This document shows, piece by piece, positions 21,516 through 34,140 of a DNA stretch of 38,932 bases (positions within the stretch are counted from its first letter, which is position 1; each line of letters starts with the position of its first letter). The notes beneath the pieces are model-generated. The model saw only the letters and a list, made by a program, of their open reading frames with translations, was not told the DNA's origin and ran no database searches. The stretch is from NCBI GenBank assembly GCA_031763465.1, contig JARFOE010000004.1, positions 12,978,184 to 13,017,115 on the forward strand. The letters run 5' to 3'. A program made the translations under genes and the position numbers. This stretch comes from Squatina squatina. Taxonomy: Eukaryota.

Positions 21516-22288
21516 TAAGGGAGCAGAATATCAGCAGGTAAGTCACCCAAGTGATTTTAACTGCTTGCTTTTTGCCAGGAGCTCAGGATTAAAATCACCC
21601 TCTATGGTTTGGTATTTCTTAAAATAATTTATACTGTTTAATTGAACATAAAAGGTTTATATTTAGTTTTGTATGTAATTTTTGTCAGTAATGATTACCA
21701 GCACAAATATCAATTGTCAGAATACTGCAGCGCTACAAAGTAATAAATAATAATGGTCGCAATCATCCAACTTTTATTTAATTCATAGTTGATTACAGAG
21801 AAGATAGAAAAGGTGAGGGGTATATTAGCTTTGTAACCGGATAACAGTCATTATTGCCCTGGAGAATTGGAACCATTTTGTTGGAATAAATCTACATCTA
21901 AATTTCAATTTAAATTTAAATAATGTACCTTCAGGATGCTATCAATTTATTTTGTGTGGTAGACTTCATTTATGTCTTATGGCATTGTGTGATTTATACA
22001 CACAGAAAATTGATTCAGCTTAATGAAGTTTGTTTTATATGAATGCCATGCATTTGCAAAGTGTTATTTCTCACTTTAATGATGATTTGAATAACACACA
22101 TGTGCATTTTGACCAACCTGATTGATAACATCCCCCTTTCAAACATTGGCTTCATTTTTTATTGCTCCCTCCTGGCAGAACCTGAGTGNNNNNNNNNNNN
22201 NNNNNNNNNNNNNNNNNNNNNNNNNNNNNNNNNNNNNNNNNNNNNNNNNNNNNNNNNNNNNNNNNNNNNNNNNNNNNNNNNNNNNNNN

Positions 22289-22599
22289 AAACTAGAGGCC
22301 ATCAATGCAAGATAATCACAAAGAAATCAAAAATTGAATTCAGAAAATACTTCTTTACCCAGGGAGCGGTGAGAATATGGAACTCGCTACCACAGGGAGT
22401 GGTTGAAACGAATATTATAGCTGCATTTAAGGTGAAGCTAGCTATGAGGGAGAAGGGAATAGAGGGTTACACTGATGGAGTTGCATGAGGAAGGATGGAA
22501 GGAAGCTTGAGTGGAGCATATACGTCAGCATGGACTGGTTGGGCCGAATGGACTCTTTCTGCACCGTATATTCTGTGTAAATCTATGTAATTCTGTGAA
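22289..22599 (+). mobile_element. CR1 LINE 3' end (ORF2 terminus, 3'UTR and tail)
   Basis: TRGHQCKIITKKSKIEFRKYFFTQGAVRIWNSLPQGVVE, then atggactggttgggccgaatgg and a roughly 10-bp tail repeat ttctgtgtaa/atctatgtaa/ttctgtgaa. Confidence 0.92.
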
Positions 22600-22804
22600 T
22601 CTCTTCCAAATTGTACCACAGAAATGAGAGAAACTTCCTTGGAAGTTTTTTCAGTCATTGCAGGTGAATTTCCATCGAGATTCTCCCGCTGGCCTATCAT
22701 AACTTTAGTGCAAACACTGCGGATACCCTGGGAAAATCACAGTATAACACTCCTGGCAAAGAGATGGTGAACGATCGAAAGAACCACTTTGGAAATTCAA
22801 CCCC
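22600..22804. mobile_element. MITE right-end fragment
   Basis: Ends GAAATTCAACCCC, matching the terminus type at 17064-17076. The left boundary is obscured by the CR1 tail. Confidence 0.4.
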
Positions 22805-24372
22805 ATGATATTTTGCAGCAGATTGAAAATGCCAATTAAGAGAATAACCGTGGTAACTTTTTTAAGGTTTTTAAATGAGTCCTTATAAGCTAAATATAAG
22901 TAACAAAATACAGAGGACCTCTCATTGAGCTCGCAACTGTATGGACAGAGAATTGTCCCAGACAATTGGGTGATCACAAGTTTTTCAGAAGAAACAGTAC
23001 TAGAATTTTAAAGAACTTGTGTTAGTAAATTTTAAACTTTGAATAACATAGGTAGGATATAATAAAACAGGACAGCTTATGTTATGGAAAAGTCTCTTCA
23101 GACCATGGCTCATCTCTTGTCTGAATATCTAATTTCAATAATAAATGCATTTTAGTTGGTAAAATGGAGCAGAAATGAATTGTCAAGAGACGGTATTACA
23201 TTTCTTGAAATCATGCGACACATGTCTAAATAATGAGAACTAGTGGGCCTGCAACAATTATTCCCATGGCAACATCAAAGGAAGTTTAATCAAGCAATTA
23301 CATTTTGTGCCGTTTTGAAGAGATACTGCTCTTTAAATGTGAGCTGATTTTGAATGATTTGCTTTGGAATATAATTAGCTTAGTCTTTGTGGTCATTTTC
23401 TGCCAAGATAGCTCTTTGATGGAAAGTGAAGCTGTTAAGCACATCGGTGAAAGTATTAAACACCCTGAGGTCAAATGCAGTTTGTGTGACAAAATATAAT
23501 GCATGTTTATAGATCAGTGATATAATTAAAATTATATGATTTTACAAAAACAGCAAATCTTGGTAATGAACAAAAATCTGATTAGTGATTTTGAAGATCA
23601 TTTTCTAACAAAATCATCTTCACAAATGTCAAATACCGGTAGCCAGAATGTGCACATTATTTCCAGTATAATCTTTAACAAGCTCTGCAGTTATCGAATA
23701 TAATCTTCTATTCAAGGAAAGACTTGACATGCTCATTCCTGTAGGATGGCTTATTTCTACCAACAATGAGGAGGGAATATATTTTAAAACCTATTGTTTA
23801 ACTCTTTGGCACTTGTCGTTATTCCCTTTCTTTGTTATTAACATTGTTTGTGTTTTACTTCAATGAATTCACCCACTATTCTTTCTAGTTTTGTATAATC
23901 CTGTACTGATTAATTTGGTCTATCGCGAGTTGAAGCTTGGCTAGGGTTTGCATGATGGAAGAATTGTTTTAATCCAATATTTATGGACTGACTGAATAAC
24001 CAATAGGTCTCTACCCTGCTTTATGTTTGTGAGCATGGCAATAAACAGAGTTTTTTTAAAAATTCTATTAAATAAACAAAATTGAACAATTAAAATAGTC
24101 CACTTGATTTTAAGTGGTGCAAAGTGATGTTGCATGCAAGTATGTTGATGTGCTATTGAGTTCATCCTAATAGTAAAGATGACATTAAACAAGTTGAGTG
24201 CTGTCCCATGAACCAAACAATGCAGTCTATGTGTGGGGTAATTGTGATGTTGGTAAATAGTGTAAAACGGGCNNNNNNNNNNNNNNNNNNNNNNNNNNNN
24301 NNNNNNNNNNNNNNNNNNNNNNNNNNNNNNNNNNNNNNNNNNNNNNNNNNNNNNNNNNNNNNNNNNNNNNNN

Positions 24373-24629
24373 CAATTTAAAATTGTCACTAAGAGAGTGA
24401 GCAGAGAGGCTAGGAGAAATGTCTACACAGAGACTTGTTGGAACATGGGGAATAGTTGAGTTGGAGACCATTGCATCTTTTATTGGCAGAGTGAATAAAG
24501 ATTTGAAGCAGAGGGGAAGATTCAGAGTTACGAAGAGGGATCAGGATACTGGAATTATTTTTAGACTTCTTCAATAAGAATGGCACAGGCACAATGGCCC
24601 AATTTTCTCCTCTCTGCTGTACAATTCTA
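24373..24629 (+). mobile_element. Older CR1 3' end
   Basis: FKIVTKRVSREARRNVYT-like ORF2 terminus and 3' motif ggcacaggcacaatggccca...ctctgctgtacaattcta. Confidence 0.65.
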
Positions 24630-25426
24630 AGCATCAAGGGATTTTTCTAAATTTCCACAGTACCTATGGATCACCGATGACACTTTATGTGTTTCATTAA
24701 ATTCTAAGTTAGTAATATTCATTCAGTCAGCTTCTGAGATAATGTCGTTTTGTCATGGCAAGCAAGATTTCATTATGAAAAATTTCCACTGTATTAAGCC
24801 TTTTGAAATGGTTGCTGTCACTAATCCTGTTAAATAGAAGGGTTGGCTCCCTTGAAGGTATCAGCATCTTTAGCCATTTAATTTTTGATTGCTTTAAAAA
24901 CTCAACAAGAGAAAACTTTAATAACTTCATAGATTTCCAATAGTTTTTTTTTTAAATTGGACTGTGCCGACCAGTTTGACAAAGCATAGTGTTCACGAGG
25001 TCGAATTGCTTTAGTGTCATCTAAAAGACTTGCATATTTGTTTGTGCTTGTTTTTAGAAAGGCTGACCTTCGCTGACAACTCAGTACAGGAAGTACATTA
25101 TATATGGAATCACTTACTAATGAAATCCAACGAAACGAACCACAAATCTAAAATCATTTCAATGATGAGCTCCAGTGTTGGATAATTGAATATTTCACAA
25201 AAGAAGCTCTATGACATGGTCAATGGGGAATTTTTTAAAATTTTTTTCTCTCATGAGGAGATTGGTAATGAGCATACATGCATACCAGTAAGATTCTAAT
25301 TGCGCTTTGTTTATTCGGCATTAGACTTCTTCCTAGCCAGTGTTTTATCAGCAGCCTATTGACAGCTGCACAAAGTATCAAGTAGTAGCATTGTAGTGCT
25401 AATGAAGTGCTAATTGTCCATGCATT

Positions 25427-25555
25427 ATCTCCAAGTTTGCAGATGACACAAAGCTGGGTGGGCGTGTGTGCTGTCAGAAGGATGCAGAGAAACTCCAGAA
25501 TGATTTAGACAGGTTGGGCGAGTGGGCAAATGCATGGCAGATGCAGTATAATGTG
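25427..25555 (+). mobile_element. CR1 RT catalytic-motif fragment
   Basis: Reads ISKFADDTKLGGRVCCQKDAEKLQNDLDRLGEWANAWQMQYNV, with FADD at 25436-25447, and runs into a gap. Confidence 0.95.
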
Positions 25556-27419
25556 NNNNNNNNNNNNNNNNNNNNNNNNNNNNNNNNNNNNNNNNNNNNN
25601 NNNNNNNNNNNNNNNNNNNNNNNNNNNNNNNNNNNNNNNNNNNNNNNNNNNNNNNAAAACAAAAAGGGACTCATTTTCAAAAATAACATCCCGCAAATGA
25701 AAACCTCTCGTAATTCTTACATGTATTTGAACTCAGTTTAAAGAGAAGCAATTGTTATGGTTGCTTGTAACAACAGGGTATGATGGATGTACAGATAGTG
25801 TATTATTGGACTTTTCTCCCTAAGGCTTTGACCTTGTCTTCATTGACTGAATACAGAATATTTACTTTTCATTTCTCAAGCTTCCAAAATCCCAACAATC
25901 TATAAATTAAGAGGAATGACAGCTACAATAGTCATTCTGTCAAATACTGTTTTAATAAGCCCTGCGAGGAATAAGCGCTCAGTCACTTTGCCTTGTTGAA
26001 ACAATTACTCCCACTCCTATTTTTAGGTCTAGGACTGCACGTAAAAGAAAAGGTCAAGAATAAAAGCTTTACATGGTAGACTCATGGGTGTTTTTCCTTT
26101 TCTCTTTGTTGTTTGATGAAACTCTTCCTGCATATCATCTCGTTATTTTTTAATAGAAATTCCAATTGGGAAACATTTTGTTTTAGCTGTATTATTTCAT
26201 ACTCAAAGCATACTTTGTTCTTGTCATGGAAAGCAATCATCTAAAAGACACAACAACTTCACTGTGTTTCAGAAATTGTAAAATACTTATGTTAGACGTT
26301 GCAGCAGTCTTTGCTTCTCTTTNNNNNNNNNNNNNNNNNNNNNNNNNNNNNNNNNNNNNNNNNNNNNNNNNNNNNNNNNNNNNNNNNNNNNNNNNNNNNN
26401 NNNNNNNNNNNNNNNNNNNNNNAGATGTGACTAAACATTTAACCAAAATGAACTTCGAAGGTTGAATATCAACTTTATGTTCCTCAATGTCTTGCATTCA
26501 TTGCTGGGATGTGAATACGAGACAATGAAGAAAATCTTCGCGCAAACAGGATGTAATCTTCCATCAACAGAAATTTTAAGAAAATTGATTTACTGTTTAA
26601 TAATGTTTTCTTTCCCATCAGAATTATCTGTCTGCATCTTGGTGAACCAATCTTAATTATGTTATATTTCATTAAGCTTTCCCAGTGAAGCTACAAAGTG
26701 CCCTCAGCAAGCGCAAGATAATATCACAATACTGTTTCTCTAAAATAAGCGAGATCTTATTTGATTATTTCAATCTGTACATTGCACATGTGTGACAACT
26801 GATAATAATTGTTTCCTTTATTTGGCTGTGGTTTGCGAGACTTTTAAGAAACTGGTTTTGAGTTAATAATGAAATATTCCATGAGTATGTCCCAAAAAAA
26901 ACTGTGGATCGTTTTAACAAAACCATACATGCGCAAAACTGAGAAGGTCTTCCATGAAATGAGAATGTTATCTTTACTCAGGCAGGCAGGCAGGCAGCTC
27001 TTTCTATAATGGACATTCTGTGCAGAGCATTAAGAACAACTGCTGAGTCTGGCAAAGTTTCATTAAGAATAAAAAAAACTTTCATTTTATGCTCTTCAAA
27101 TGAAAAATAGATAGTGAATATTCACACGGCAATGATGTTAGTTTAATAGCTAAATACTGTGGAGAGATTGTGTCAGACTATGAAGGCCATGCCAAGCTTT
27201 CACAAATTAGCTGAACAGAAAAATTACATTTAAAGGTGCTGTTAAATTAACTTCTATTTTGAATATTATGAAATATTTCAGCAGATAGCAAACTTTTTGA
27301 TGCATTTTTATATTAGTGACCTGTAAAGTATATGATTTGGTTGCATTTCAGTATATTCATACATGGGGCTATATATCCCAGCTAATGCTATGGTGAGCAT
27401 ATGAAGGACAGTTTTCTCA

Positions 27420-27580
27420 GATTGCTGCGCTGTGGAGCTGCCATCTTTCAGATGAGATGGTAAACTGAGGCCCTTTCTGTGCTCTTAGTTGAACGTAACT
27501 ATTCCAAGGTACTATTCATAAAAGAGCTGGGATTCTCCCAGTCTCTTGATTAACACTGATTCATCAACCAGCACACTAAG
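27420..27580 (+). mobile_element. Older DeuSINE Deu-domain fragment
   Basis: tgccatctttcagatgagatggtaaactgaggccc...actattcataaaagagc...tcaaccagcacactaa is collinear with 4263-4410. Confidence 0.75.
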
Positions 27581-30500
27581 GATGCGATTTTCCTTACCGA
27601 GGCTGGTCCGAGGCGAGCGACATCAGTGGCAGGTTTTCATCCCGCTGTGTAAGGACTCATCTCTGTGAGTGCCATTGAAGTTCAGACCTCTAGATTTATA
27701 GACAAAATGAGTCCGACACAAGCAAGTCTTTAATTAAAAAGAATCTCTTCAGTTTATTTTGAGTTTGTAATGGTATACATGGCAGGCACTCTACAGTTAA
27801 TCAATCAGTATTTGATAATTTGAGTCTGGTACAACTATACAAGGAGAAGTTTTGATTTAAAATGATCTGTTAGTTCATTGTCGAGTTTGGCAGGCATTCN
27901 NNNNNNNNNNNNNNNNNNNNNNNNNNNNNNNNNNNNNNNNNNNNNNNNNNNNNNNNNNNNNNNNNNNNNNNNNNNNNNNNNNNNNNNNNNNNNNNNNNNA
28001 AAGTGCCTGGCATGAGGCCATCACTGCTGAAAATCTATATCTTTATGCTACTTTCCACACTTGTCCAGTAGGTGTGTTGTCACTGAAAATGGCCGAGCAG
28101 TGGTACATATTTACCTGAAGTGCTTGACACCTTGATGAATAAGGTAAGGTTTCTGTTCATTTCAAAATTTAAAGAAATCTCTATTCTTTGATACATGGTA
28201 GCACTATAATTATACAATAAATTTTACACCTTTTATATATGTAATAGGAAAAAAAACAGAAGTACAGTTTACTTACTGCAATTTCTTTATGGTTTTTTCC
28301 CTAAAGTCGCATCTTTTCCAAAACAATTCTTATTCAATTTTTATCTCATATTGTAATTTATTAAATTAAATTTTTGCCTAACCCCTTTTCTGTGTAAAAT
28401 GGTCCTGGAGATGCTGTATCTACTTGCAGGGTTTACTCTCACTGTCAGACCCAATTGTTGGCAGCTCCGTGTGAAAGGACAATAACACCTAAATGTCAGC
28501 ACAATTGGAGCAGCATTCATTGCACAAAGGCTGGCGTGTCTTACAATGACTGCAGTTGCAAATTGGACCTTCTTTGATGTTACTTTGAGCAGAATGACAT
28601 TTCAACTGACTGAGTCTAACTACTTGATATCACAAGGCTTCAATTTAAAGCGACATATTTTGAAATTTGAAATGTTGCAATTACCCACTGTTTTCTCTCA
28701 TATATCCGTCTCTTTGCATTTCGCTAACGTTTAACAGTTGCAGATTGCTTGCACATTCTTTGGCATTAGACACTTATGTTGGGGATTTAGTAATGTGTTA
28801 TTCAGTGCACAATACTTTTTCATACTCAATATTGTCAAAAAACATTTGACTGTGCCGACGAAAGCTGATTTTTAACCTGATTTTAAAAAGCAGCCCCACA
28901 AAAATAAAACATTGCTTAAAACATAATCAATGATTGGAGAAGAACTTTAATATGTTACCCATTATCTTTCTATGCAGCAGTTGTATTGTATGCAGAAGTT
29001 CAAAATCAGTTTGGAAAGTAAGATTGATTTTTCTGATGTAATCATAGCTCTATATACAAAAGTAAATGATGTATAGAAACCAGGGATGGACTGAATGAGG
29101 AACTGCAATGAAAAATTTGCCACTTTATCAGGCTTTAATATCAAACTCTATTGATACATTTCTAATATTCACAATGCCAATGACATTATTTAAACTAGCC
29201 CTGCTGCAGTCATTAAATGATATACTCTCTTAAGTGTGATGAGGTTCTGGCACAGTGGATTTAACTCCAATGCACAATAGCAAAGAGTTCTAGGATATAG
29301 GATTGTGTCTCTCATTCCCCATATGGAAAATTCCACATATCATTGTAACTCGATTCCACTGTGTTGTGTGCCTGATTTGCTCAGTGTCCAGCTGAACCCT
29401 ATGCGTGATACCAGGATCAGATGGAGCCCTTGGCATGGTTGAGTGAGACAGAAGCCACTTTTGAAGACATGGGTTCGCAAATAATACAATGGGGCCACTC
29501 AGCAACGTTTAAAGCGAATAAAACAACTGAAGGCAAACAAATGCTAAAGTTCACTTACAATAGCAGTTTAACCTTCTAAAAATCAAATAAGTCATGTGTT
29601 TTTTTTATTGCGCAACCTCTTCGATCAAGGCAATATATTCTTTATAGCGCTTCCCATCGGTCATACCATAACAGGAGGGACTAAGCAGAGGACAAACACC
29701 TCCACAGAAAGAAGTCCCTCCAGATCACTGAAATAGCAGTTAGAGTAATGTTGTCAAAGGCCTAGTAGTATATGAGTTCCTTAAACTGTCTCTCGAAAAT
29801 GACACAGAGATCTGTGAAAGGTTAGAGAGAATATAAGATAATCGGTCAAGATAAAAATATATTTGATGTTTCCAGAGCTGTGATTGGGCAGTTTGAGAAT
29901 AAAGGGAATAATACATGTGCAATCCTGGTCGATGCAGTGGAATATATTATGCAAATGTAAGACTATTCAATAATAAAAATGAACTCAATAGTCTATACCA
30001 CCACAGAAGTAGTATAAATGTAAATAGCCTTATTTTCCTTTATAGCTGCCAAACTCAAATTGACAATAATAAAAATTCATAGCATTATGAGACTATAAAG
30101 AAGATTGGTGCTGCAGTCGAATGTGGTGGCTTTATCTCCACTGGGACCAAAAGTGACAAACTGGCACATTCTTCACTACACATCTCTTCAAAGTGGAGAA
30201 ACTTTTATGCCTTTCACTTGCACTGATTTACTTTACACCTGGAGCTGAGATAAGGGTATGAATTCCCAAACCTTATCCCTTATTAAAAATAAAGAATATT
30301 AACCTTTTTGCAAAATAAATCCAAACATTCAAGAATACCTTGAAAGAGGAAGTGAAATCTAGTGAAGTGTTTATTGTTAATCTTATTGTTAAAGAAAATG
30401 AGTTTAACCAGAAATTTCTTTGGATTTTGTTTTTAACATCAATTTTATTTCTGTCAAATAGACTCTCACGATGCTTCCGCTCTAGTGGGCCACTCCAGTA

Positions 30501-32069
30501 ATTTGTGTGTCGCAGTAGGGATTCCATTGCAAAGCAGGATGGGATTTCAAACACATATAAGCTCTGCTCCAGACTAGCTGGACTCTGGAAAACCTGCATT
30601 CTCAACTTGTTTCCTGGGGTTTGGTAGTTCTGAGGCCGGTTTGACATTTCAACAATAAGGATGACCCTCAAATCAATGTACAGAATAATTCACAAATACA
30701 AAATTGGGAGGAGGAAAGAACTTCAAAAAGCATTATGTTTGCCACATTAATAAATCTTAAGCTTTATAAAAGACTTTAGCCTAAAATTNNNNNNNNNNNN
30801 NNNNNNNNNNNNNNNNNNNNNNNNNNNNNNNNNNNNNNNNNNNNNNNNNNNNNNNNNNNNNNNNNNNNNNNNNNNNNNNNNNNNNNNNATAGTGCCATCA
30901 AATGTCAATGTCCACTTGAACCACTGGAAAAGGCAAAAAAATGTGGCTCTAATATAAACTCCCATGTAAAATGTTAGATTTTGAGGAAGATGTAAAGCAG
31001 TGTTTTGATCTAATAATGTGCCTAAAACCCTACTGCAGATCAGCATTGTCTTTTCTGAGAGAAATGCGACAACTTTTTTTTAAATTTCTAAACTAACTTA
31101 ACTTTGAGTGAAATTGTCAAATTTTGCCCAATTGTGCCAATTTCAAAGGCAATCTTTCAAAAGTCGTAAAGTTGTGCACATTGGGAATTGTTTCGAGATT
31201 GCCTGGGTCCATTTCTCTTTACTACCAGGTTTAACCTGACCTGAGTCATGCAACAAACACTGCTAAAAATAACAATAAAACTCATAGATGAAAACATGTT
31301 ATTCATTTCTGAGATGAAAACTGACAGAAACAAATGTGTTCTGTTACATGTATTTTCAATGCATATCGATGGCTTCCAATCTCTGAAGAATTTACTGAGA
31401 GGGAAACACAATGAAAGTTTCTTTAGTCAACAATGTTCAATAACTAGACCAACAGTTGTTTCTAAAAATGAATGGCTTTCTCTTTCTTGACAGTAAACCT
31501 GCATTAAATAAAAAACATCTACTGCAATGTTGGATTAAATATCAAAGTATCAAAACACTTATGAAGAACAATCTAAACAGGAATACTACATCTCTGAAGC
31601 AAGTAAGCTCCTGCCCCTTCACTTAGAAATTGTCACCTTAGGCTTGGCAGTTCAAATGACATTCAATTATTTTACTCCCATATGTCTGTGATTAAAGAAT
31701 AATCCAAACTGTCAAGCAAATGCGCTAAATCATAGGTTTGTCAGGGTTTGCAGACATCAGGATGAAAATTTTCAACGTTAATCTTTTCTCTGACTCTAAA
31801 TTTATATTAATGATGGTCATTCCTTAGTCTTGCTTATGAGAGAGTGCCATAAATTTGGTTTGAAGGAGAAATAAACTACACGGTGCCTGAGGCAGCATTC
31901 AGCCAGCTTTTTAACTCCCTGGGTGCTAAATGAAGTATTTGTATCCAGCTGCTCCATTTGGAAGAGCTGAAATAGTTTCAAAGTTTTATGAAGGTCATTC
32001 TGACTTTGGGTGATAGTGCAAAATTTAGTTTCCCTTTATACATCTCTCCCAATTTTCACTTCCACAACT

Positions 32070-32372
32070 AATTAATTACCTTTGAACTGCCATTAACTGT
32101 TATGTGGGCAAAAGTAACAGCAAATCTGCACACAGTGAGATCCCACAAACAATAAAGGAAACGAGTGACCAGTAAACTTGTTTATTTAGTTGCATATGTG
32201 GTGGAAAAAATGTTCACCAGGACATCATAACCACTCGTCATTCTTCCTCACATAGCACCATGGAATATTGTTTCTGAATCACCAGAACAGACAGATGGAA
32301 CCTTCATTTAACACCTGATTTGAATGTGGCTATGACGATGCCACACTCCCTCAGTACTGCACTGAAGTGTCA
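32070..32372 (-). mobile_element. Older DeuSINE copy
   Basis: Contains cagcaaatctgcacacagtgagatcccacaaaca, ccaggaca, ccatggaat and cactccctcagtactgcactgaagtgtca, the reverse complements of DeuSINE motifs in the expected order. Confidence 0.75.
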
Positions 32373-32630
32373 TTATTGACCCAAAGATTTTATGATTCCG
32401 AGATGTGTTGCCAACTCAGCCAATCTGACACCAGTAGTGCTAATTGATGTTGCACTATGCTTTTGTTTTGTTTTGTGCAGTCACCGCAATACAATGTTTT
32501 TGATGTAAAAGCATAAATAATCCAGTGAACNNNNNNNNNNNNNNNNNNNNNNNNNNNNNNNNNNNNNNNNNNNNNNNNNNNNNNNNNNNNNNNNNNNNNN
32601 NNNNNNNNNNNNNNNNNNNNNNNNNNNNNN

Positions 32631-33035
32631 TGTATCTCTGGGGCCGTCAATGAACAGGATATTTCTGGAGCAGCAGAGAATGTGTGAAATACTGACATGC
32701 ATTCCAGCTGCACTGTGCATGCTTGCAGAGAGATTGGAGGAGACTGTCTCAAGCATGAGTGACATAACACCACAGGCCATTGCGATGATGTCTTCGTCCA
32801 TGGAAAGAGTGGCCACCTGCTTGGGGCATCATATACGGCAATCATGCGTGTGCATGCAGGCCTTCACCAAAGCCTTGCACACTACGAATGCTACCATAAA
32901 TAGGATGAATGGTACCCTAGACTTGGCCGCTCATCGCCCCACTGATCTGCAGCAAAGTGCTCTCCAGCTCATTGCGAGCTGGGAAGTGCGGTGGGCCATG
33001 AGAGGGATGATGGGGAAAGGAGACTGCCACATGTC
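32631..33035 (+). mobile_element. Probable Harbinger-type Myb/SANT-protein C-terminal (helical) region relic
   Basis: Open frame LEQQRMCEILTCIPAALCMLAERLEETVSSMS...SMERVAT has a coiled-coil-like character resembling the C-termini of Harbinger accessory proteins as I recall them. It has no diagnostic motif. Confidence 0.4.
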
Positions 33036-33050
33036 CCGACGGCCGAGCCA

Positions 33051-33290
33051 GCAGCAGCAATCAGCGCAGAGGCCCAGGGGGCTATCGGAGCATTTGACCT
33101 GTGAGGGAGCAGTGCGAGGCAGCGGCAACTTAAACCGGCGGCAGCAGCAATCAGCGCAGACGCTCAGGGAGCTATTGGAGTATCGGACCTGCGAGGGAGC
33201 AGTGCGACACGGCGGGAACTTAAACCGGCGGCAGCAGCAATCAGTGCAGAGGCCCAGGGAGCTACTGGGACATCGGACCTGCGAGGGAGC
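33051..33290 (+). repeat. 90-bp GC-rich tandem repeat (2.7 units), probably a CR1 5'UTR monomer array
   Basis: gcagcagcaatcag recurs at 33051, 33141 and 33231, a period of 90 bp. Confidence 0.9.
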
Positions 33291-33397
33291 TTAGCCANNN
33301 NNNNNNNNNNNNNNNNNNNNNNNNNNNNNNNNNNNNNNNNNNNNNNNNNNNNNNNNNNNNNNNNNNNNNNNNNNNNNNNNNNNNNNNNNNNNNNNNN

Positions 33398-34140
33398 GCA
33401 GCCGGGGCAAACAACCCCCTCGATCGCCCGCTGCCTGGACCTGTTAATGGCCAGCTTGGACAGGAGCAGGTTCACGAGGAGTGACTCCGACCGACCCACC
33501 ACCCCCCGCACCGGGTGCCAGTAGATCAGGAGCGTGGGACTGAAGTGCAGCCAGAGCTTGAGGAGCAGCCCCTTCAAATAGTGAAAAAGGGGTTGCAACC
33601 TCGCACACCCAACATAAACATGGAACACGGACTCTTCTAGGCCGCAGAAATGGCAGGCAGCCTNNNNNNNNNNGACTTAAAAACCGATTGCACGGGACTG
33701 CTCCGTGCAACTCCCTCCAGGCCAAGTCCGCGATGGAGCATGGGAGGACTCCCGCGTAGAGAGACCTCCACTGGGGACCCTCGCCTTCTCCGGACGGCAA
33801 GATGGTACGCTACGGCGTGTCCGGACGGTAGGCGAGGATGGCAAAATGGAAGGCGTGCAGGAGCAGCCCGTACAGGAATCACCTCCATGCGGAACTAAAG
33901 GGCACGGACGGGTATTCCCGGAGGAGGCTCAAGTTGTGAGGCGCCGGCGCTGTGAGGGAGGTTTTGGGGCGCAGCGCCGATGAAGAATTCCGTCTGGATG
34001 GGGGTCAGTTCGAACGGGATCGCTCCACATGGGTGGAGTCGGCCCAGTGCCTCTTTTAGCGACTCGATGGCTTCAGCCGTGCATCGGACGTTGGCCCAGG
34101 ACAGGTGCCGCGCCAGCTCCTCTGGCGATATCCAACCCGA
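33398..34140 (-). mobile_element. Tx1-type (L1 clade) non-LTR retrotransposon ORF2 C-terminal fragment
   Basis: The minus strand reads GWISPEELARHL..., WRSLYAGVLPCSIADLAWRELHGAVPCNRFL, zinc knuckle CHFCGLEESVFHVYVGC (C-x2-C-x7-H-x4-C) and ARLQPLFHYLKGLLLKLWLHFSPTLLIY...LLLSKLAINRSRQ. It is GC- and CpG-rich. Confidence 0.85.

Noticed and set aside
33051-33290. Regularly spaced repeats as a CRISPR-like array
   Set aside because: The whole 90-bp unit is repeated with no unique spacers, there are no cas genes, and the context is vertebrate.
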